Assembly (NCBI GenBank): GCA_018662825.1
Contig: JABJFI010000039.1
Span: 13,643-77,642 of the forward strand
DNA: 64,000 bases
Source: Methanobacteriota archaeon
GTDB lineage: Archaea > Thermoplasmatota > Poseidoniia > Poseidoniales > Poseidoniaceae
Reading direction: 5' to 3'
A program made the translations under genes and the position numbers. Numbering within the stretch: the stretch's first letter is position 1; every line of letters starts with the position of its first letter. Below the pieces are notes generated by a model, which saw only the letters and a list, made by a program, of their open reading frames with translations, did not search any database and was not told where the DNA came from. Below are positions 19,025 to 26,198 of the stretch, in pieces.

Positions 19025-20653
19025 ATGGTTCATGTTCTTGAAACAGGTCTCGAATTCCTTGCAGCAGAAAATCCAAACGGCAAACCATCTGTCAAAGGAT
19101 ACAATATCATCGATGGCCAATTGACGTTAGCGAGTGATGGTGAAACATTCACTTCCATTAATCCAGCCATTCTCAACGACACGCTTGGACAATTTCCACT
19201 TTCTACTAGAGACGATGTTCACGCTGCTTTGGATGCCGCACATGCTGCTTTCCCAGCATGGTCTGCAACTCCTGCACCAACCCGTGGCCAGATCATTGGA
19301 AATATGGGTCGTTTGTTAATGGAGCACAAAGATGCAATTGTTGCCCTTGAAACCCGAGAAATTGGAAAGACATTGAAGGAATCTGCAGGTTCTGTCCAAG
19401 AAGCAATCGATACTTGTTTGTTTTTCCAATCGGAAGGACGTCGTCTTTATGGCCAAACAGTAAATTCTGAATTGCCCGACAAAGAATTGTTCACTTACCG
19501 TCGTGCGCTCGGCGTTTGCGGTATTATCAATGCATGTAACTTCCCCGCAGCTGTACCGTTTTGGAAAATGATTCCAGCGATTATGTGTGGGAATACATGT
19601 GTATGGAAGAGTCCTCAAGACGCTCCACTTCTTTCTTTCGCCCTTGCCCGTATTATGCATGAAGCAGGATTGCCAAACGGTGTGATAAATTTGGTTCACG
19701 GAAAAGGCAGTGGTGCAGGTCAATTCTTAGTTGATGCAGTTGATGAAGGAAGAGTCAACAAGATTTCCTTTACAGGCTCAACAGAAGTTGGAAAGATGAT
19801 TGGTGAAGTCTGCGGACGAAACCTTGTATCGTGTTCTTTAGAACTTGGAGGAAAGAATCCATTGGTTGTTATGCCGAGTGCAAACCTAGACAATGCTGTT
19901 GAAGGTGCTTATTGGGGTGCTTTTGGAACTGCGGGACAACGTTGCACTTCACTTGGCAACCTGATTCTTCACGAGGATATCTACGATGCATTCATGACTA
20001 AATTTATGGCAAAGGTCGAATCGACAACGATTGGAGATTCTCTTGCTCATGATGGTGTCCTTTATGGCCCAATGTTGTCTGAAAAATACGCAAAAGATTT
20101 CCTTAGCGGAGTAGAGATGTGTATCGCATCAGGTGCCAAGCAAATTTTCGGCAAAGGACGAATCACTAGCGATAACCAACCGTCAAACTTCCTTGGGACC
20201 GCTGAAGACGGCGTGTTCATGTGGCCCCATGTCTTTACCGAAGTAACCGAGGACATGGATTGCTTCCACGAAGAGGTCTTTGGACCAGCCGTTACAATTT
20301 GTAAAGCAAACGATTTCGACCATGCGCTACACTTGGCAAACGCAAGTCCATACGGATTATCTTCAGCAATATACACTAACGACCGCCTTGAAGCATATCG
20401 CTACAAGACCGGAATCAAGGCTGGAATGACTGGAATCAATAATTCTACTACCGGCGCTGAAGCACATTTACCGTTTGGTGGTGTCAAAGGTTCAGGAAAT
20501 GGTACCCGTGAATCAGGAATTTGGGTTATCGAAGCCTATTCATATTGGCATGCTGTCAACGATGAACTCTCTGGAAAACTCCAACTTGCTCAAATGGATG
20601 TTGAAGAAGTTGAGATGGCTGAAGCAGATGTCGATTGGACTCAATTAGCTTGA
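19025..20653 (+). CDS. Aldehyde dehydrogenase superfamily protein
   Basis: Carries FTGSTEVGK, ELGGKNP, the catalytic Cys in GQRCTS, and EEVFGP. The subfamily was not resolved. Confidence 0.85.
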   Translation: MVHVLETGLEFLAAENPNGKPSVKGYNIIDGQLTLASDGETFTSINPAILNDTLGQFPLSTRDDVHAALDAAHAAFPAWSATPAPTRGQIIGNMGRLLMEHKDAIVALETREIGKTLKESAGSVQEAIDTCLFFQSEGRRLYGQTVNSELPDKELFTYRRALGVCGIINACNFPAAVPFWKMIPAIMCGNTCVWKSPQDAPLLSFALARIMHEAGLPNGVINLVHGKGSGAGQFLVDAVDEGRVNKISFTGSTEVGKMIGEVCGRNLVSCSLELGGKNPLVVMPSANLDNAVEGAYWGAFGTAGQRCTSLGNLILHEDIYDAFMTKFMAKVESTTIGDSLAHDGVLYGPMLSEKYAKDFLSGVEMCIASGAKQIFGKGRITSDNQPSNFLGTAEDGVFMWPHVFTEVTEDMDCFHEEVFGPAVTICKANDFDHALHLANASPYGLSSAIYTNDRLEAYRYKTGIKAGMTGINNSTTGAEAHLPFGGVKGSGNGTRESGIWVIEAYSYWHAVNDELSGKLQLAQMDVEEVEMAEADVDWTQLA

Positions 20654-20731
20654 TGTCAACGAATTTTGGCGTCGAAGTTTCCGAATGAATTTGACCGATG
20701 ATGAAAAGAAGTCAACCCCCTTCGTCAATCC

Positions 20732-21520
20732 ATGGCGCAGGAGGTGAGGATGCTTGGAACTGGAAATGCCTTCATGCCTTATGGGCGGTATCATTCTTTT
20801 GCGATGATTGATGGCAAACACATCATCGATTGCCCACCAACTGCAATGGCGAGTTTGCGAAGAGCAGGTGTTCCTTTGAGCGATATTGAAACACTTTTCA
20901 TCACTCATACCCATGGTGACCATGTGTTTGGTTTTCCTTTCATTCTTCTCGAAAGACGCTATATCTCCGACCGAGAAATGCAACAACCCCTCACGGTTGT
21001 TGCGGCAGAAGGCGTCAAAGAAATTTTGTTGAATCTCTGTGAATTAGCTTACCCAGGAAGTCTCGAGGAAATCTTTGCCACCATAGAGTGGAGAACTGAG
21101 ACTGAAGGGGCCCTCAAGTCCGGTTTGAGTTGGAAACGATTTCGTGTTCAACACGATGAATCAGTAGACCCGTACGGTTATCATTTCAACGCAGGACAAG
21201 TAGGTAGTTTTGTCCATAGCGGAGACTCAGGTCCATGTGAAACATTGCACAATGAAATTCTGTCATCTGACATGGCGATTCTTGAGATGGGATATCCAGA
21301 GTGGGTTGATTCAGACCATCACCATAAACCATCAGATATTCAATCACTTGCTGAACGTGCAAAAAATGTCCCACTTATTATCACCCATACTTTTGTAGAT
21401 CAGCCGGGGGTAAATTCGGTTCCAACAGTTACCGATGTATATCCGAAACATCCCCCGAATGTACATCATGCCGAAGATGGTCTTCGGTTAATTTTCGGAA
21501 AGCAAGGTTGGGAATTTTAA
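20732..21520 (+). CDS. Metallo-beta-lactamase-fold hydrolase
   Basis: Carries the HTHGDH motif and a downstream HSGDS. The start may be the Met at 20750 (MLGTGNAF). Confidence 0.65.
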   Translation: MAQEVRMLGTGNAFMPYGRYHSFAMIDGKHIIDCPPTAMASLRRAGVPLSDIETLFITHTHGDHVFGFPFILLERRYISDREMQQPLTVVAAEGVKEILLNLCELAYPGSLEEIFATIEWRTETEGALKSGLSWKRFRVQHDESVDPYGYHFNAGQVGSFVHSGDSGPCETLHNEILSSDMAILEMGYPEWVDSDHHHKPSDIQSLAERAKNVPLIITHTFVDQPGVNSVPTVTDVYPKHPPNVHHAEDGLRLIFGKQGWEF

Positions 21521-21775
21521 GTTTGGAGAATCAGTTGAGTTTCTTTGACTACAATGGACGGAAAACGGCAAGAGTTTATGTTATTTTTACGAAAAACTGG
21601 ATATTAATTTACACCCTTTATAATGTGGATTTTATTTTTACAAGTGATTCAAAAAACCCTCGCCATCATCTTTCAACGGGCATACTTATGAGGGGGACTC
21701 GGACTAACGCACATTATCGCGCAAGGCCGTTATCGGCATCTGTTCGATATTGCAATAGAGAAAGGGGCAACCGAC
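21521..21775. promoter_or_regulatory. AT-rich orc1/cdc6 upstream region (promoter and possible origin-proximal DNA)
   Basis: 255-nt non-coding spacer. It contains the direct repeat TTATTTTTAC (21581-21590 and 21642-21651) and a TTTATAA box (about 21617-21623). No clear ORB core is seen. Confidence 0.35.
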
Positions 21776-23017
21776 ATGAACAGAAACATTTTCGACGACT
21801 TTCTTTCTCGTCAAACACTGTTCATTAACAAAGAAATTCTTCGACACGACCACTTACCTCAACACCTCCCTCACAGGGATAAAGAAATTGAAGCCATCGC
21901 TTTCAATTTGGTTGAAGCACTGAATGGGCAGATACCATCGAACATGACTCTCTACGGTGTCACCGGTGCTGGAAAAACTGCAGTCACTAAATATGTGTGC
22001 AATCAACTTGAAGAAAAAGGAGCAGAAAAAAACCGTAGTGTTCGTTCCATCATGGTAAATTGTCGTCAAATTGACACCCAGTACCGTGTCTTGAGCCACC
22101 TTGGTAATTCTTTGCGCGAAGAACACGAAATTGATGAGATTCCATTCACAGGTTGGCCAACCGATAGGGTGTTTGGTGAACTTGTTCGTCGTATGGATAA
22201 AAAGGGTGGAGTTTACATTCTTGTTTTGGATGAAATCGATCATTTAGTTCGTAAAGCAGGCGATGACCTTCTTTACAATTTGACCAGTCTGAACGCCTCG
22301 CTGAAATCTGCACGAACGTGCGTAATTGGAATTTCAAATGACCTTAAATTCACAGATTTCCTAGACCCACGAGTTAGGTCAAGGCTCGGGCAATTGGATA
22401 TAGTCTTCAACCCATATGATGCATCTCAACTTCAAGATATTTTGAGACAGCGTTCTGATGGTTCATTGAAAGAAGAAATATTGGACGATGGAGTTATTGC
22501 ATTATGTGCCGCACTTGCCGCTCAAGAACACGGCGATGCACGTTGTGCGCTTGATTTGTTACGTGTTTCTACCGAAAAAGCCGAACAGAATGGCGATTCA
22601 AAAGTCGGTCAACGGCACGTTCGAATGGCACAGCATCAAATCGAACGAGATCAGATGATTCCAGTTATTTCGTCATTACCGAGTCAGCAAAAACTTGTTC
22701 TCGCTTCGGTTCTGTTGAATGAAAAGAATGGTCTTCGTAATATTCAAACGGGTGAAGTCTATGATGTCTATCAACAAGCATGTCGATATATTGGCCATAA
22801 TGCATTGACTCAAAGACGCGTATCAGGTTTGATTTCAAATCTTGATATGCTTGGATTAATTACCGCTCGTACAATAAGTAGGGGCAGATATGGTAGAACA
22901 AAGCAGATAAATTCCTGTATCCCACAAAACGTCGATGCACAATCAATAATGATCGAATCAGAAGCAGAAATGGAAGAAGTATTCGTTCGCCCATACCGGC
23001 ATCAATCACGACTTTGA
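21776..23017 (+). CDS. orc1: Orc1/Cdc6 replication initiator
   Basis: Has an AAA+ module with Walker A GVTGAGKT, Walker B VLDEIDHL and sensor motifs. The C-terminal domain is a winged helix. Confidence 0.9.
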   Translation: MNRNIFDDFLSRQTLFINKEILRHDHLPQHLPHRDKEIEAIAFNLVEALNGQIPSNMTLYGVTGAGKTAVTKYVCNQLEEKGAEKNRSVRSIMVNCRQIDTQYRVLSHLGNSLREEHEIDEIPFTGWPTDRVFGELVRRMDKKGGVYILVLDEIDHLVRKAGDDLLYNLTSLNASLKSARTCVIGISNDLKFTDFLDPRVRSRLGQLDIVFNPYDASQLQDILRQRSDGSLKEEILDDGVIALCAALAAQEHGDARCALDLLRVSTEKAEQNGDSKVGQRHVRMAQHQIERDQMIPVISSLPSQQKLVLASVLLNEKNGLRNIQTGEVYDVYQQACRYIGHNALTQRRVSGLISNLDMLGLITARTISRGRYGRTKQINSCIPQNVDAQSIMIESEAEMEEVFVRPYRHQSRL

Positions 23018-23091
23018 GGCGTGATATTTGAAAAAATGAGCAATCTTGATGCTTCGGTGTTCTTATATCCAAAAGGCAGGTGGGCGAGTTC

Positions 23092-23658
23092 ATGAGCACA
23101 GAAGAGAGCGACCCTGCCAGCAGTGTAGTTTTGATGCTATTGAATCCTTCACGAAGAATGGCAAATTGGTATGCATGTCTTGGAATGCTCGGAATTTTCC
23201 TTGCGATTCTCAACATTTGTGGATATATTCACCCAACCTCTCACCTTTCATGGGGAGGTTTGTTGACGTTTGAAGCAACAAATGCTGCTTTTGAACCCAA
23301 AAGTAACGAAATTCAGTTTGTTCTTTCCGATGCAGTATTCATTGGACTTTGCACGGGACTCTCTGGAATCGGATTCCGAACGATTAACAATGATAAAGAC
23401 GGAATCGCAGGTTGGTTCAAAAGTTTACTCGTGAATGAAACCTGGCCTGCTTTGGCCGACCCTGAATTGGGTGGATGGAACAAACTATTCGGTGCTTGGT
23501 CTCTATTGCTTGGAATTGTGTTTTACTTCTTCTATGGAATTTCCTATACCGGATGGATTGACATTGGCGTCTATTCCATGAGCGTTGCACTTATCGCTTT
23601 TGGACTTGCGCTATTGATGGCTGCAAACGCACCTGAAGGCGACGACAACTTGGATTGA
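23092..23658 (+). CDS. Membrane protein; function unknown
   Basis: Has about 5 hydrophobic helices. The ATG at 23092 is preceded by GGTGGG; the ORF track begins at a GTG at 23080. Confidence 0.45.
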   Translation: MSTEESDPASSVVLMLLNPSRRMANWYACLGMLGIFLAILNICGYIHPTSHLSWGGLLTFEATNAAFEPKSNEIQFVLSDAVFIGLCTGLSGIGFRTINNDKDGIAGWFKSLLVNETWPALADPELGGWNKLFGAWSLLLGIVFYFFYGISYTGWIDIGVYSMSVALIAFGLALLMAANAPEGDDNLD

Positions 23659-23660
23659 AC

Positions 23661-24785
23661 TTACTTTTTCTTCTTTCCAAATAATTTCCGATGACCGTTT
23701 ACTCCGCGTAGTGCATCGAATATCCCCAATAACATTCCTTGCCATAATGCAATACTCCATCGCAGCGTGAGATTGCGTATTTTGAAAATTGCCAATATTG
23801 ACCAATTGCCTTGTTTAAACGCTCCACGATTAACCACGCCAAGTGGACCACGCCATAGAATGAATTCGTGAATTACCATCAAAACACCAGTTGCCAGCAA
23901 GAGTCGAGTCTGCCACCATGTTTTGGCAACTTCCCATGACCAATCGGGTTGTGTGATAAATGAGAAGAGAAATGGGATTCCTGATATGAGGGCCATAGCC
24001 CAAAGAGGAAATACAGTGAGTACAAAAGTTGAACTTCCGATAAAATCCAATTCTGGTCCGAGTCTTTTCCTTCGAGGGAAGTGGCGGACAATACGCATGT
24101 GAGCTCGAGCATCACGCCTCCGCTTTGCCAAAAACCGTGAAGATTTGATTTCTGGGACGTGGTGTACTACTGCATCAGGAGCATAGACAATCGTACCACC
24201 ATTTGCAATAAGTCGCAGACTGACTTCCATATCTTCCGCATGATACCACTTTGGATTGAAACCGCCAATCTCGAGTAAACTCTCACGTTCAAACATAGAA
24301 CAAGGACCATTTGCTAGACTGGTTTGACGAGGGCGAGAACGGTATTTGGTTGCTATTTCAACTGAACGAACGCGACTGACTATATCCCCTGCATGTTCAA
24401 AAACAGTACGACCGGTTATTGCTACAACTTTTTCTTGTGGGTCTATTGGTTGAATTTCCAGAACCATATTTGTAATCCAATTTGGTTCAGGTCGAACATC
24501 AATGTCAGTGATAGCCACCCAGTCGCCTTTCGATTGTTTGACAGCCCATTGTCGTCCAGCAGAAAGCCCTTTTGCACTTTGAGTGTGAATTCGAATTGGA
24601 ATGTCGCACTCTTTATCCTTCCAAGCAAGTAATTTTTCCTTTGACCCATCGCTTGACCCATCATCGATGGCAATGATTTCTAATGGTCTGTAGGTTTGAG
24701 AGATTAGAGATTCTAAACATCCATCGACCCAATCGACGCCATCGCGGACACATACCGTGACACTAACCATTGGTTGGTCATCCAT
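23661..24785 (-). CDS. Family 2 glycosyltransferase with C-terminal TM helices
   Basis: The N-terminus VSVTVCVRDG...IIAIDDGSSDGS and the DxD-type region are typical of GT2. The start overlaps the stop of the upstream PPAT/DPCK gene (TAATG). Confidence 0.8.
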   Translation of the reverse strand: MDDQPMVSVTVCVRDGVDWVDGCLESLISQTYRPLEIIAIDDGSSDGSKEKLLAWKDKECDIPIRIHTQSAKGLSAGRQWAVKQSKGDWVAITDIDVRPEPNWITNMVLEIQPIDPQEKVVAITGRTVFEHAGDIVSRVRSVEIATKYRSRPRQTSLANGPCSMFERESLLEIGGFNPKWYHAEDMEVSLRLIANGGTIVYAPDAVVHHVPEIKSSRFLAKRRRDARAHMRIVRHFPRRKRLGPELDFIGSSTFVLTVFPLWAMALISGIPFLFSFITQPDWSWEVAKTWWQTRLLLATGVLMVIHEFILWRGPLGVVNRGAFKQGNWSILAIFKIRNLTLRWSIALWQGMLLGIFDALRGVNGHRKLFGKKKK

Positions 24786-25804
24786 TATGCCACCTCAAAA
24801 AGAGAAAGAAGGAATCGGCATCGTTGTTTTACGTCCAAAGTGGTATATTGTACGACAACTCCTTTTTTGGGTTGGCCATACAAGACCAGGGTTCCTATTG
24901 GGGCTAGGCAATGAATTACGAGCGGAGCCAAGTCTTCCTCCCCCTCCACTTCCAATACAAGCGTTTCTTCAGCAAGTAATGCGCTTGCAATCGCTTGGTT
25001 GAGAGACGGTGTAAGGTAGCCAGCGGGATTTTTTGCATGTATATGGTGGTGAAAGTTTTGAATATTCACTTTGAGGTTTTCTTCAAGTTCTGTTCGTTTT
25101 GTTTGCCCGTCGATGAGCGCAATATCAGGCGTTAGTCCCATGTCGAGCATGGTTTTGGTTGTGACATCCCCGACGGTAATGATTGCTCCATGAGGTGAAG
25201 GCAGCCCATCCAATGCTGCAGCCATACCGATTTCAGGGTCATCTTCTGGCCCTTCAAACAAAACACCCATTGGTGTTTTGAGTTCAGTATCGAGTGCAGC
25301 GACCATTTTCAAACGATGAGTACGCAATTTTTCAGGCATCCACGGGTGGCCTTCTCGATCCATGTGTCCATTTCGAATGGCAGAAGAACTGATAATCCCA
25401 CCTTCTATTGCATTAAGATGCATCACTTCAATGATGTGTAATTGGGGTAGGCCGTTTACCACGCGCTGTTCATTGATTGAATTACACATGCCGATAGTTT
25501 CTGGTGTTGCAACGATGGCATCGGCAGTCAAATGATGGCGTGCAGGGCCATAGGTGTCGTTGAGTTGATGAACCGAAACTTTGCAATCTGAGATTTTTTC
25601 AGCCCAATTGTGCAATTCGTTCATACGTTCATCAAACGGTTGAATAAATGGAGATTTTTCATCAGCCATTGAATCTGACGTGATGTGGATTTCTATTACT
25701 TCAGCATCTTTACTAGCCGCATCGAGTAGTAATCGGTGCCCAGCATGAAGACGGTCAAAAGTGCCTCCAACAAGACAGCAGCGAAAACGCCGAGCAGAGG
25801 GCAT
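24785..25804 (-). CDS. Fusion of archaeal-type phosphopantetheine adenylyltransferase (N-terminal) and DUF359 GTP-dependent dephospho-CoA kinase (C-terminal)
   Basis: The N-terminal half has the cytidylyltransferase motif GGTFDRLHAGH. The C-terminal half has the DUF359 hallmarks VGDVTT...DGQTKR and EVEGEEDLAPL...LYGQPKKGVVV. The 339-aa length is about the sum of the two stand-alone proteins. Confidence 0.7.
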   Translation of the reverse strand: MPSARRFRCCLVGGTFDRLHAGHRLLLDAASKDAEVIEIHITSDSMADEKSPFIQPFDERMNELHNWAEKISDCKVSVHQLNDTYGPARHHLTADAIVATPETIGMCNSINEQRVVNGLPQLHIIEVMHLNAIEGGIISSSAIRNGHMDREGHPWMPEKLRTHRLKMVAALDTELKTPMGVLFEGPEDDPEIGMAAALDGLPSPHGAIITVGDVTTKTMLDMGLTPDIALIDGQTKRTELEENLKVNIQNFHHHIHAKNPAGYLTPSLNQAIASALLAEETLVLEVEGEEDLAPLVIHCLAPIGTLVLYGQPKKGVVVQYTTLDVKQRCRFLLSLFEVA

Positions 25805-25889
25805 GAAGAGATGTGGATGGAACCGCTCTTTGATTGCATCGCTTCATTCAGGGTGAATCGAAGCGATTTTGGATGAGCGAGCCATCAGC

Positions 25890-26165
25890 GAGGAGCTGTA
25901 CCCCGACGCGTAACGGCCCTTTTCATAGCAAAGCTCGAGGGCCTGACCCAGCGTCAGGGTTTATGCTGTCCAGTTGGTTGGTTGTCTCGTGTTCATTCTG
26001 ACGTCGCACGAGGACCCATTACCTACCGGTTGGTTTACCGCCTTGCACCGAAGGTCATTCCCCGAAGGGTCGCTTCAGTCTTCGATAGCGGACCGTACCA
26101 TTGGTATCGGACTTCACAGCAATTTTCACAGTAGCTCTGCCAGATGTTGCGGGTACGGCAATCGA
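25890..26165 (-). ncRNA. rnpB: Structured RNA, most likely RNase P RNA
   Basis: About 390-nt ORF-free gap that looks more GC-rich than its surroundings. On the minus strand I read GUGAAGUCCG (CR-I-like), GCAAGGCGGUAAACCAACCGG (CR-III-like GGUAAACC), AGAAUGAAC, and CAGGCCCUCGAGCUUU (CR-V-like), which can pair with AAGUCCGA as P4. A C(UUCG)G tetraloop appears only on this strand. The terminal helix is GCCGUACCC/GGGGUACAGC. Ends are approximate. Confidence 0.5.
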
Positions 26166-26198
26166 TTCCTGCGGCCTACCCCTTTTCAAGTCATCGAA

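Noticed and set aside
25890-26165. Alternative identity of the structured RNA as SRP (7S) RNA, or a plus-strand orientation.
   Set aside because: I could not find the helix-8 GNAR tetraloop/AGCA-type SRP54-binding motifs on either strand. The UUCG tetraloop and RNase P-like conserved blocks appear only on the minus strand. This is not fully excluded without a covariance-model search.
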